NCBI RefSeq assembly: GCF_003704095.1
Contig: NW_020846908.1
Coordinates: 248,001 to 312,000 of the forward strand
Length of the DNA stretch: 64,000 nt
Source of the DNA: Pocillopora damicornis
Lineage: Eukaryota
Direction: 5' to 3'
This document shows, piece after piece, positions 13,056 to 26,185 of this stretch. Under the pieces are notes generated by a model. The model ran no database searches. It worked only from the letters and a program-made list of their open reading frames with translations, and was not told where the DNA came from. Both the position numbers and the translations under genes were made by a program. Each line of letters opens with the position of its first letter. The first letter of the stretch is position 1.

Positions 13056-16000
13056 TTACTTTTCTTGTTGAGTAAGGTGTGACACTTCTGTTAATGTCCT
13101 CTCCAATGCTTCTACCTGACCTTGGTATGAGCCCTTCTTTTCAGGTAATACAGGCAGATTAGTAACACCCTCGGCTCTTTCTCCTTGAGGGTCTGATTGG
13201 TTAACAAGGTTAGCATGAGCCCAGGAAACTCTTTCAGTACTAGGTTTTTGTGGAGGGATCATGGTAATGCATGCATCTTCATAGTCTTTACACTCAGTAC
13301 CTGTTGCAAAAGCTGCAAAGTGGGTGAATTTTGGTGGTGACCCTTCCAAGATGCTATCAGAGCTCTTACTTTGATGTCTTGTAAGAGTCACTGCATTATC
13401 TGATGCTCTTTCTGCTGGATTTTTATTCTTTGTCTTTTTACTAAGATCCACAGTAGCATAGAGTGCTGGCAAAACCTCAACACTAGAGGAACATGCTGCA
13501 TTCATATAAAAAAAGTTTGGAGAGCCAACTACAGATAAAGGTTTCTCACCACGTGAAAAGCTTTGTGTTCTCTCAGCATGATCATCAGATGCAACTTGCT
13601 GAGCTGATCTTGGTACACTGGATGGTTTTTGATTTTTTGGAGTTGCACTGGGTTCTTTTGAATGCTCATTACCATTTGTTAATTCATTCTTCTTTTTGGG
13701 TATAGCGGGTGCCATTTTTGTCCCATGTGATTTCTGGTCAGCAGATGGCTCCTCCTGCATCAAATGCCTCTGTTCCATTTGAGATCTTTTGTCCTGTAAA
13801 CACCACAAGATGTATCATGGAGTCAGGCCTGTTTGGCAAGCAGAACAAGGTATAAAACATCTTGTAAGTTAAAAGAAGACAGGTTTTTATTCCACTCAAT
13901 GACCTGCATCTACTTGAGACCTCTTAAGTTTTCTTTTACTTCCCTGCATGACCATTTTTCTCTTTTTTCATCCTTATGATTGTTTTCTATCAGAATTAAC
14001 TTCCCACCAAATTATAGCCGCACACTTTTCTAAGATACAGTGGTGGGTAACTCTGGATAAAAAGGATGTCAAACATTAATTTTTAAGAGGACTATTACCC
14101 ATTCCTGTAAAAATAACAAAGAAAGGTGAATCACCATTAACAGCATTATTGCAATCACTTACCAGTGATTGAGAAAAGTTACGGCTTGAAGTACTTGGTG
14201 AACGGGCTAGTCTGTCATAGCTTCCTTCCTGTATGGTGTTTTCCGTCTGCACTGAACTAAGTGTGTTGTACTGGTCCCTCGGATAAGTTGAACTGGATGT
14301 ATGGGAACCCCAGCTTGGTAGCCTCTCCAGGCGGCTGTAGCTTAGAGCAGATTCTGAGACCATTGAGAAGCTGCCAAGACTATGTGCACTGCCTATACTA
14401 TCTGATCTGCCTATGTGATTATATGCTTGCTGTGGTGTCCCTGTGTCAATGGGTCGTGGCACACTCTGGCTCATATGTCTAACAGATCTGTCTCGATTCC
14501 CTGGAGATAAGGAAAATTATTATGACTCAATCAGTCAGAGTTCATTTGTGAAGTTGTGTAGTAACCTGAAATTGCTAACAGTTTTTCAGAAGTCTATTCT
14601 GCATGCCTGAACATTCCCAAGTGTTTCTACATAGACAAAACCAGTTAATCCCAATTTTGTACAATTAGAAGAAAAAAAAACTTAACAAAATTATCATAAA
14701 TACCTGGGAAGTTTTGGAGGCTAAACCTGAGTTGATCATAGGCACGTTCAATGTCATCTTCTGTCAGCTCATTTGAAGCTGTTGGGGAATGGAAGTTCCT
14801 TCCCCTCCTGACACGAGCAGAAGCAAAACTGTCTATGGCATCAAAAATCTTGTTGTCATCACCATTGCGTGTGACAAAGTTGTATTTCCCTTCACCCATA
14901 GGGGATGCCCTGCCAGCCTCAAAGATAAATTCATTGGAATCTAGAGCTTCATAGTTGCGAATTGTTGTCAAGGGCCACTGAGCCAGCACAGCTCGAGTAC
15001 GCTCTAAAGCCAGGGACAAACCCCACCTGGAAATGTGTAAGAGACACTGTTGGTCCTTAGCTCCTATTCTCTGCATTTGTCGGCTGCCACTGCCTTTGAC
15101 CCTGAAGACCTCACCTACAAGACAAATTGGGATACACCATGTTTACAAGGACTGGTTACCCTTGTTAGACTAAGCATTTCAGAAACATTCTGTTTGATAG
15201 CAGTTTCATGAGCCCAAAGCACCAGAGGCATAAATGGGTTTTTTGACTCTAACCTGCTACTCGTGGATTTAAAGTAGTTTGCATTTGTAACTGAATCACC
15301 CACAGATCCATCACAGTCTCACTCTCTGCAGCCAACGTCAATGTTTCAGCATCAGTACTGATCTCAAACACATACTGCCTCGACTTTTGTTCCATTCTTT
15401 TGAACACCTTGTATCTGGGAAACAATTCCAATGTCCCTCGTGCCATTTGCCTCTGCCATCCTTCTTCTCTATCAAACCACTGCAGGAAAGGTTGGTCTCC
15501 AGCACAATATTTTCGTAGCACATAGTAACTCTTCTTCCATTTCTTTGTGAAAGACTTTTTCAACCAGCCTTTGCTTTTTGCATCATCTTCTGTCGGTTTC
15601 TCTAGCCACCCCTAACAAGTAACATAAAGAATTCAGATTAAAAAACTACATTGTGCTGATGGTTGTAATTACGAATACTATGTGAATCTTGTTGTTTATC
15701 ATGAAGTATATTTTCAATTGATCATTACCATACCTATGTTATAGTAGTAAGGATTTCTCTTAATGTGTTACCCATTTTTCTCAAACCTACTTTCAAAAAT
15801 TCCATGGCTTCAACTCTGACTTATGCAAATGAAATCCCCTGTTCATTCAACCATTTTTATTCATCTTAGAAACATCACCCTGTGGGTACTGAACTGAACA
15901 TAAGATGACTAACCCTTTATTTGTATTAACATTATGCTGTGCACAGCATATGAATAAACAGTCTTGTGCATGTCTTTCTTTAGTAGATGATTGCAATTTC

Positions 16001-16387
16001 AACTGCTAGTCTGTTCATTTCTGCTTGCATCAAAAAGGAATTTTAGCCTTATATGGAGTTCATACTGACACCTATCTAAACAAAACTAAAACAAACACAA
16101 CAGTAATTACGTAGGCTTACTTGAGAGTTCATCGAATCACAATAGTATGTTGGGAGGACAGTGAGTAAATAATGTCGCTCATGTCTATGCTTGTTCCGAG
16201 ATGAGATAAACTTAAAGTCACCAGCTAGTTTCTAACTTCAGTACCAAGGTCACGTAAAGTACCGTAACAGACTTTGTATAACAGGGTTTCTTTTCACAAC
16301 CTTCCTGACAAGCCACATACAAACACATTTCCTGATATGTAAATTACCTACCTCAAATACATCTTCGATGTCCTCCAGATCCGACAT
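13056..16387 (-). CDS. DOK: Second DOK-like PH+PTB adaptor, ~626 aa; exons 16387-16352, 15611-15254, 15114-14704, 14500-14163, 13793-13056
   Basis: Phase-consistent splicing: MSDLEDIEDVFE|GWLEK...KKWKKSYYVL...LAAESETVMDLWV (PH); QWPLTTIRNY...FIFEAGRASPMGEGKYNF (PTB). Tail has YDQL, YSRL, YNTL, YDRL, YMN and YATV. Confidence 0.85.
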
Positions 16388-18090
16388 AACGCACTGTTTC
16401 TAATAGAATTGATTTAAATCAGAGCGCTCTCGGATTGCCGAGTCAGTCACTTGCGTGGATCAGACGATTGCGATCGGTCAGGCGAAATTGTAGCTTAGAA
16501 ACAGTCCTCCATCGACTAAAAACAAATCTTTTGAATACTCACAATCTTAATTTTGAGATAATAGGAGAACTTATGCCGCAAAACCCTTGGACCCATTCCG
16601 GACGCACTCTCATTAAGTTAGTCGTACGCGTTGCGCGTTTTATACCGGAAAACTGCACTTCAGGTGGGTGAGGGGGACTGGAGAGTTGGGTGTGTCCAGC
16701 AGGATACATTCTTGAAATTAGTTAGAATCTGGAACAAATAAATGTCAATATTTTAAAATGTCAATTGACCATCCGGTTTGTCTTAATTTCCTTCTTCTTC
16801 ATGCATTTATTACACCAATGCTAATCCTAATGGATCCTGTTTGTATAACCCTACACCAAGCCGGTTCCAGTGGCCCCGAATATATTTTTTAATTCGATTC
16901 TTTATATTTGTATTTGATTTTGACAAATTATCCCTTATCAAAAGATAATTCTGTTCTAATTCCTAAGATTCTGGTATCTAGTACAAAAGTTAATCGGGCT
17001 AGATGTAAGCCATTTGCTCATATAATGGTTCCTCATATATGCAACCATACACGGTGACTTAGCAAAGTGAACAAGTGTTGACAAAGGGAAGGAGATCAGT
17101 GAAGCCGATCGAAAGCTAGAGGTTTAGTACTAAGGAATAACCCGCTTTCACGAAGGGCCTGTACAGTTATAGTTAAATCCTCTTCCCTATATATCATCCG
17201 CTTGAGTTTCCGGGTTATTCGGTGGGTGGCGTCTTTAGGGAGAGAATTCTTTTCCGAACTTCTAACGAAGGATTTAACTAGTTCTGACTGTAGTTACAAT
17301 CATGCAAGTCACACAACACTGATACTTTTCGTTTTCATATAATTTCAAACATTAACACAAGTCTCATCATTTGGGCTACTCAAAATTTTCTGGGGCAATT
17401 AAGTGGAGATTCTTTATGAGGTAATTTATTCTAAATCCCCCTCAGCATGTCCTTAAACTTTGACAAGATAACTCTTTGGTTTCGCACCAGGGAAGGAATA
17501 GAAAAAACCGGCTAATGACAATTCTCAGAGTATACCGAGGTTTAAGATCCAAGAAGAAAAACGTCAGGTAATTATAGAAGACGGGGGTCGCTGTCAAATA
17601 CACCAGAATAAGTAAGCTTTTTGGAGCTCCATCACCTCTAAGCACCAGAAACTTCCATCCAACCATCATTACTTGTTCGATGACCTCGCAAATTACTGTA
17701 ACTCGGTGCTTCTTTCTTGATCAACCGTGTTGTTTAGTAATTAAAATAACAAGAACCGCGTAACAAAGAAAGAAATAGAGAATTGGGAAACTGCTTGAAA
17801 CAGAATATCACCTTGAGTTGAAAATTAGATAAACATCCATCGTGACAATTTAGACTTAAATACCGCTCAGTAAATTGTAGACATATTTTAATCATTACAA
17901 TTCCTATTTACCCACGATAATTAATCGTAAGTTTATGTAGAAATGAAAGAACCTATCTTTTCGGTGACCCCTGAAGCATCAATTCAAAATAAACAAGATC
18001 AAACAAGTAATTCAAAATCAGTTGTCAGTGATGTTTGTACCGTTGCTCTTCAATTCGATGTTCTTCCGATTTTGCTTTTCGAAGCTGTGT

Positions 18091-19113
18091 TTAATATCGT
18101 TTAAAACTTCTAAACACTACCAAAAATAACTCTTTACAGTTTCTACGGAACTCGGCACTGAAGAAGGAATAGACAAATGCATTAGCAGTACTGTTAAATA
18201 GCATGAGATAATAAGCTACTATAGCATATTCCCTGGGCACTGCTACAGACACAGCGATTAGAAAGATGTAAGTAGCGAAGGGAACAGAACATAATACAAA
18301 TATGGCTGTTAATAAAAATACAATTAATACAACTCCTCGTCTTCGTTGGTCGGCTGTGTGGCGAAACTTACTGAAAAGTTTTGAGCCTTGACCACGTAGT
18401 AATGCATGAATAACGGCGACATTAGTGAACACGATAAAAACTAGCGGAACTAGGAACGTGGCTGAAAGAGTCATTAGCAGAATCACCGTTATATCAGTAC
18501 CTCGAAAAAAGTCGTACGAACAAAATGGAACTAATCCCCGGCCGCAAAACGGTGCTTCTAACCTCTTAAGGAAATAAAAGTCTGGCAGAGTGAACATGAG
18601 AGAATAATACCATGAAAATATTATCATAAGCACAGTACGACGTGTGTTAAGTGTAAAGTCAAATGGTTTCACCACAGCCAGGTAACGCTCCAGCGAAACA
18701 CAACAGATTAAACAGGATGAAGCAGAGAGTGTAGTCCATGTTAAGCCACCAATAAGCTTACAAACAGGTGTGTTAGAGTGCTCTGAATCGATTCCTATGG
18801 CTTCATTGATGTTGTACACGATGCAAACGGCCATGTCAGCCAAACACAAGTGTTGAATAAGCAGCTTCATGGCTCCGCATTGTGCGCTGCGCTTCATTCG
18901 TTGTAGAACGAATATAACAAGTGTATTTCCTAAAACTGAAATGATTAGGAAAAGTTTACTAAATACCACTTCGCCCATTGAGTGCCATGATTCTGGAGGA
19001 ATTGTACATCTGCAAAACTGTTCGTAAACGGCTCTTTCATTTTCCGATTCGGGAAAAGTTGACCCACTACAATCGAAAAGTGCTTTGGAAACATTCATCT
19101 TGGGCTTACGCAA
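18091..19113 (-). CDS. Intronless rhodopsin-like (class A) GPCR, peptide-receptor-like, 340 aa
   Basis: Seven hydrophobic segments; GN in TM1, LCLAD in TM2, SLERY in TM3, W in TM4, FLVP in TM5, FVLCSVP in TM6, NSTANAFVY in TM7, followed by EFR helix 8. Confidence 0.9.
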   Translation of the reverse strand: MRKPKMNVSKALFDCSGSTFPESENERAVYEQFCRCTIPPESWHSMGEVVFSKLFLIISVLGNTLVIFVLQRMKRSAQCGAMKLLIQHLCLADMAVCIVYNINEAIGIDSEHSNTPVCKLIGGLTWTTLSASSCLICCVSLERYLAVVKPFDFTLNTRRTVLMIIFSWYYSLMFTLPDFYFLKRLEAPFCGRGLVPFCSYDFFRGTDITVILLMTLSATFLVPLVFIVFTNVAVIHALLRGQGSKLFSKFRHTADQRRRGVVLIVFLLTAIFVLCSVPFATYIFLIAVSVAVPREYAIVAYYLMLFNSTANAFVYSFFSAEFRRNCKELFLVVFRSFKRY

Positions 19114-19899
19114 AGAAGAGCCTCTTTGTAAGATTTACAGAAAAATTAGGTCGCTTGTTTCGAACAATGGACAAATGTCATAACTGTTTTTAGCAAACTC
19201 TTGGCTTGATTCGCTTATCGATGCAGTCAATGAAGGTTGGTCAGCTATTGATTGCAGAGAATGAAAGGCTGCTACGAAAATATGTTTCAAACAACGGATC
19301 GATCCCTTGGTGTCCTTTGATCTGTTCTGTTTTGACAATTTGGGTCATTTGACTATCAATAGCTCTTTTGTAAGAGCACAACACTTCCGAGGCATAAATT
19401 TATTGCCACATGTACTTTAAGAAAGCTCGAGAACGTCATGAATAACAAATTAAAGAGAAAAAAAAGGAAAATTTGTATGTTTTGTCCTTCTGAGAAAACA
19501 AATGCATCACTTGAAAGTAGGCATGTTAGATCCTACTCAAATATCCATAAGTGTTCTGTTTAGACAGTAAGATGACTAATGCCGCAATAATTCGAGTCGG
19601 TTAGTGTAGTTTGAGTTTAATTTATGTCAGAGTGTTTGTTTTCATAATCCCCTGACCGCGTCTAATTAAAGTGTTTGACAGATCTGTAATTTCTTATATC
19701 GCTCTGACCAAAATATATGGCTATATTCCGCTACACATAAAACACACCGGCAAGATAAATGTAAAACATAAAATTTTATCTAATTACATGGTTCCTACAA
19801 TCTATCTTTACTCTGTAATTCAACATTCTGTCATTGAATGTCACACGAATAGTATGATTCACGACCCAAAAAAGACCGAACAGCTCAAAGGAATGGTCA

Positions 19900-22800
19900 C
19901 TACCAAGGCTCCAGTTCTGGGGAAGTCCTTTTTTCTCCGTTTTCCTCCCCGTCACCTAAATCATCCAAGCCTTCCATGGCCGCGCGAAGCTCTGCTTCTA
20001 AATCGAGGTTCATGTCTAATCCCTCAGTGAAATCTGGAGTGCTGACGATATCTGGTGACGCAGGGGGCTGGGGTGGATCCGTGTTGTCCTTCTCCTGTTC
20101 TCTCTCACCTGACTCAGGGGGCTGGGGTGGATCCGTGTTGTCCTTCTCCTTTTCTCTCTCATCTGACTCCTCTGTTGTTGTACATGTATCTTCATAAGTA
20201 GACTTGTCGTCTTTTTGTTTTTCAGACTCATTTTCATCCTGTCCAGCTTTATTATGCATTTCTTTATTAGTATCTGTTACAGGTAGATTCGTTTTGTCAG
20301 TAGCTTCATCACCGGCAAAAAATGAAGAAACGGTTTTTCCTTCCAAATTTACATCCGGAGTATCTTGTGAGTCGTCGTTTTGTCTTCTTTCAATTGTTTC
20401 TGTGTCCTCAGTGATTGCGAGATCTGTCTCTTTTTCGTTATTGCTCTCAGATTTGATGTCTTTTGAATTTTGGCCAAGGTCAACTTCTTCGTTGCTTTCA
20501 TCAACTTCGTCTCCTTCTTCAACTTCTGAGAGGTTAGCCACGACATTCCTACCTTCTACTTGGCTTACGCCATCAGCCAGACCAGCTGAAGTGATACTGC
20601 TTTTCTCTTCAACTTCACTGACAGGATCCAGCCTGGGAGTACCAGGAACAACAGAGGTAACCAGTATTGCCTCTGGGGAAGGAGGAGGGGGTATGGAGCC
20701 AGAAGTATCCACGGAGGGTGATGTGGCCTGTGCGTCCATTGAATATTTCCCTGGGTCATCTAGAATGAAACTGCCTAGTGTCGAATCCGACAGAATCTGA
20801 TGTACTGACAAATCTCCTGAATCCTTGGAAGAGCTCATACGAGGTGGGGTACTCTTTGGCCTTCGAGGCGTGCGTTGCGCCAGAGGCTTTACAGTTAAGG
20901 ACTTCGGCACACTTTCCTTCGGGGGCTGTTTGAGAGGTCTTGGGGCTCGCCTGGAGGGCGTATCTACGAACTGAATGGGTGTCCTTGAGCGCGGAGGTCT
21001 CCAAGCCGGTGCCATGTAACCACGCGAGTCAGTTTTTTCAGGCTCTTTCACAATGTTCGGTTTTCCAATAATTTTTTGACCTGCTACATGCATTCCTTTT
21101 CTCCCATAAGGATCTCCATGAAATTCAGCGAGAATATCCTGGGGGATGTATGTTTTACTCCCAGGGCTTGGACTTCGGACCATTCGGGGCGTGTCATCGC
21201 TGTTCTCGATCACATTTATTATCATTTTATCTTGCGGCCATTCTTGTGCATCATTCTTGTTTAAAACCAGACTTGGGTCACGAGAAAGAGCTCCTTCTGT
21301 AAGAAAAACTGGTTCAACAGCAAATTCCTCCCCCACTCTCTCCCCCTCAGGACTTCCCAAGGCCTCTCGGCTAATCATGGTTTCGTCCTCGTCATACACA
21401 CTGGTCAGTGTCTCTCGCCTCCTGATGTAGCGAGACGTGACCGAGTTGTTATGTTCCCTACTCTGTGGTGTGCGGGAGAAGTATTGGCCGTGTCTTTCTG
21501 GGCTATTGGGAGTTGGTGCTGGGGCATGCACTGGAGCTGGAGAATATCTACAACGACAACAAAACAAAAGTCAAGAGGTCTTGTCACTGCCTCTCTTAGT
21601 TTGTGCATATGTACCCTGTGATGCCCTGTGATGATGTTTAAAAAGTGACGGAGGTTGGTATGAATGATTTTGATTATGGATGGAATCAGTTCCCTCATCT
21701 GTCACTTTTTTTTCGAGTTCATTCATTTAAGTTTAATTTTCTTTTCCCTCTATCTTCATAGTGGGCTTCCTGCAAAGTTGCCTAGAACAAGTGAAAGCCT
21801 CGCTTAAATTCTATGATGATCTCATCCGGGCCTTTTGGACAAAAAATGAAATCGTCCTACTTAAAAGCTATGCCACTACTTCCTGTGAACAGAGCCAAAA
21901 TAATCCTTGTAGGAAAGCACGTTACTTACTTAGGAGCTACTTACCTAAGTGCAGATGTCATGTGACCTCGCACAGGCCAATGAAGATTCGTCTGATCATC
22001 ACAAGGTGAGATGTACTCACTGGCATTGGCTGAAGTCACGCCTGGGGAAGCCAAGGCACACAGCTGAGATTCTTGACCTTCTAACTCTTCCTGTGGTGTC
22101 CCGATAGGAGTTGGTGTGACTGATACTACGTCAACCGGTTCCATTGCCACGCCCAAATTCAAGTTACGGGGAATGGAGTTGACACAGTGATGTAACTTAG
22201 ACTTGGCACAACGCTCAAAGGGAACACCGACATATGCAAGAGGTAATAGTATGCGACCTCGTTTGCCAGTAAGTTTATCAACAACTGTTTTGATCAGCTG
22301 AGGTTGCAGTTGGTCAGTGTCTTGTTTTGATTCACCGTTGATCTTTAGCCCACCCTCCTCATCAGTAAGTTCTTCATCCACAGGGGGAGTGAAGTGTGAG
22401 TTTATATCAACATCTAGCAGCATGCGCGAGTTTTCATCTTGCAGAGTTTGTTCCAGAATTTCGCTCGGTAAGTTTTCAGCGCTTTTGTTCTGTGTACTTA
22501 GATCAGTAGGCTTGTCTGCTCTTGGACTTGACTGTTGTTTTGGTTGAACTTCTAACCCCAAAGGCAATTCTTGACTAACAGTGACTTGGCTAAAAATTGG
22601 CACAAAGGATAACGCCTAGTAAACCTGGTATAGTCACCACAGCGTATTAGGGAGACATTAAATTTGAGTTCCAAAAAAAAAAAACAGAAATATTATATGA
22701 CTGTGTACATCCAGCTTGTTTGATTTTGGATTGTAAGTGATCATTAATCAAATGAATAAGCCTGTTTTCAGCTCTTCAGACGGACAAAAATACATAAATA

Positions 22801-25800
22801 CAATGTAAATGGGCTTTTATACTCTTAACTTTCATTTACAGATTTACTTCGTTTCTAACTCATAATTTGAACAAGGTTCTTAGCTCAAAGACACAATGTC
22901 ACGTATAACTGTTAATATATTGGTTGACAAATTTATGGGGCTGATTGACTAAGATGCACTCAAGCCTCTGTGGAAAATTGAGGACTGATGTTAAAAACTC
23001 TCCATGAATTTTCATTGGAGATTGTTTGACAAACACACATGTTGGTCAACTGTTATCCTTCTTATGCAAGGCATGAATTCAGACAATTTCTACATGTGTG
23101 AGGATACTACAAAAAGGTGTCTGTGTCATACCTTGGTTTGAGGTGTTGAATGATTCCAGCAATCACTGACCTGGGAAAGTCTCCAAAATCTTCCAGTCTG
23201 CAAAAAGAGGAACAAATTTAAGGTAATCATAGCATGCTCAGTCACTGGTAATTCAAGGAGTCAAGTTTGAAGTACATTAGGCAAAAACAGAGAAAGTACA
23301 AGTATGAAAACTTGTTGACTTACTTTTTACTTAACAATATACTATATTATTTATTTTAATTACAATAAAAATAGAAGACTACAACATTACTAATGTTTAC
23401 ATACAAATACTTACAGTGTAGTCAAGTAAACTACTAAAAATTTATATTTCTTGCAATACAATCTTTTAGTTATGAAACATGAACAATCCTTTGACTACTT
23501 GGAGTTAATTATGCCTACTTACAAGACAGCAAGGTCAAACTGTTAATTGTTAGCCTTATCAGAGGACCTAAGAGAAAATGTTTCTGTGTATATGCCAGAA
23601 ACAATGAAAGAGAGAGTTATATAAGGTACTGTTACCTCATTTTTAGAAAGGGTTTCAGAATTTCCCAGTTTTTATGGATTGCATCTATCCTCAGAATGAT
23701 AAGTCAATTAAAGTAATCAAGATAATATTTGACACACTGAGGTTTTGGTGTAAATTCTGTGATGTAACATCCTGTATGAATGGTTTGATCCAAATTTGTA
23801 GCAAATCAACATTTATATGTAAAGTGGATATCAATCTATAAATATCCTAGATTTATCCACAAAGGCCATACCCATAACTGGAGAGGTCTAAATCCTGAAT
23901 ATGCATTTTGCGATGACAGCTTCCACGACTGGGACTGTAAGGTTGTCCAACAGTGGGTGATCTGCGAGGTTTTGGACGTTCCTGGTAAAAATGCATTGAA
24001 AATTGTCAAATGGATGTCAGATTTATTTATTCGTTGCAGAATATTGCAATTGATTTGGTGAAATCCACCAATTAAGATCAAAATTTTGATTTTTAAATTC
24101 ATCATAAAACAAAAGGCATCACCATGAAGCAACTGATAATAAAACCCACAAACTTTCTCATTTTCTCTTAAAGCCTCTTGAAGAGATTCACTGTTTTACT
24201 CTGAATTTTATATACATTTAGTACCCAAATTAGGAAATCAACAATGATATACTTCTGTCAATGTTCAAAGTTATCTGAGCTTTACAATAAATTGATACAT
24301 GAGTCAATATTTTAAAGTGATTGATAGTCTCTTTAATAAGGTTGAAATATACTCCCAAAGTTTAAACTAACTGGTTTTATTTTTTCCATGGCTGCTGGCA
24401 TCATGTCCTCTGTTACATCTTTAAAAGCAATTCTGTGAGGATCTCTCCTTCTTGAAATTGATCTAAAAACACCAAAAAGATACACAGATAAACTGGATTT
24501 ATTGATAGGTCTTCCTTCCCTTTCCTTAGTTAAATTATAAATTGTATCTGAGGCACATTGCAAAAAGGTTTTGAAATCAATCATTGTTTGTAAGGCAGTC
24601 TAAATTCATGTTCAAGACTCATTACACCAAATAGCGCAAAATGCATATCCTACATGCTACAGACAATTAGTTTCCTATTCAGCTGAAACCAAATGTGTGG
24701 AAATAATATAAAAACTCCACTTATTTTTAATACATGATCATTGTTATCATCATCATTATGTTACTTTGCAGGACTAGTGCTTAGTTTTAACTAATTTTTT
24801 AAAAAACTAGCTTTTCAAAAAACTTCTCTATGAGAACATCAGTACTTTTTAGGTACTGACAAAATTCTTCTTAGGTAAAGCAATGTATGGCTCAAACTAT
24901 CAAAATTACAAAGCAGTGGGATCTCTCACAGCTCCCTGATGTTGATTCCACACATGATCTCCCATGTGTGTTCTTGTAAGCCCTTAAAACAAAAAGTGCT
25001 TCCTTTTACCCTGGTACTATACTATATTTTTTCTAAACCTAACCCTAACCCTAACCCTGCCACTAACAAAATTTAACTAGAACTAAATAATTTATTTCAA
25101 CTTTGATAAATTTCTTGAAACATTAAAAATATTTCTGATCACAAATAATCTATTATTTCTACCACTCAAAGCAGGTAAAACAGGAGACATCTTACCCTGT
25201 GCTTTTTGCTTTCCTTCTTTGCCTCTAAAAATTAACAGTCAGATTAAAGTGATAAATGGTGAGCTTACAGGACTTGCAGTGAATAACATCAAAAAATCAA
25301 AATGGTAATACACATATGATGATAACTTAAAAAAAAAGAAAAGTTAGGATTTTGTCTTATTCCAATCCTTCTCAGTCCTATGCTTGTTTTCACAACATTA
25401 AAATATACATGTATGATGTATTTGTTCAGTGGTTGCTTGATATTTAACAACATGTAACTGCAAGCAAATAAAATACTTGGGTTAACAAATAAACCAAGAC
25501 AATTTTAATCATGATGATTGTGTTATTACTGACCTTGTTAGTTTGGCACCATATAAGATATGCTGAAGTAATGTATACATCCTTCCAATCTTGTAATAAT
25601 TCATCATTTTCATACAACTCATGAACACCAACAACAGAAGCCTTTTTCTTCTTCAGCTCACCACCAGTGGGTTCTGTGACAGGCTGCAACTTTTTCTTCC
25701 ATAACATACGTTTCTGGTAATCCGTCAACATTGTTGGCGAAACAGGAGATGGGCGAGGTACATGCACAGATGGAGTGCATGTAGATGAATGCCGATGACA

Positions 25801-26153
25801 GCTGAATAATAATATCAAATAAGTTTTAAAACAATCATTGGAAATTAATTGCCACAATTCATTACATCAGTTCAACACTCTATATTTGGCTGCTTTCTGC
25901 AACAGATGTTAGCAAAGATATTTAGGAAGGTAAAGTTACAAGCCTTTAAGACTCAGTCATTTCACAATATCAAGCTAGAGAAACACATAGTTTAATTGAT
26001 AATCAACAAGAATTTGATTGATAAAGGTTGAGATGAACCACTGCAATTTGAACAGATTTTTTTCACTTCACTTGATGGTTCATCTAAGCTTTCTCTATGC
26101 AATCAATAATTATTTTTAGATCACACATTCCCTTAACACTTTAAAGAATTAAG

Positions 26154-26185
<32 letters not shown>

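Noticed and set aside
20204-20800. 198-aa plus-strand ORF, and similar antisense ORFs over the DOK, GPCR and PITP exons
   Set aside because: Shadows of low-complexity coding sequence on the opposite strand.
23636-23689. Extra in-frame 54-nt exon for the C9orf43-like gene (IDAIHKNWEILKPFLKM)
   Set aside because: Open and phase-compatible, but the acceptor (GAG, no pyrimidine tract) is poor.
25038-25058. (CCCTAA)3 telomere-like run
   Set aside because: Too short and interstitial; no evidence of a fusion or a telomeric element.
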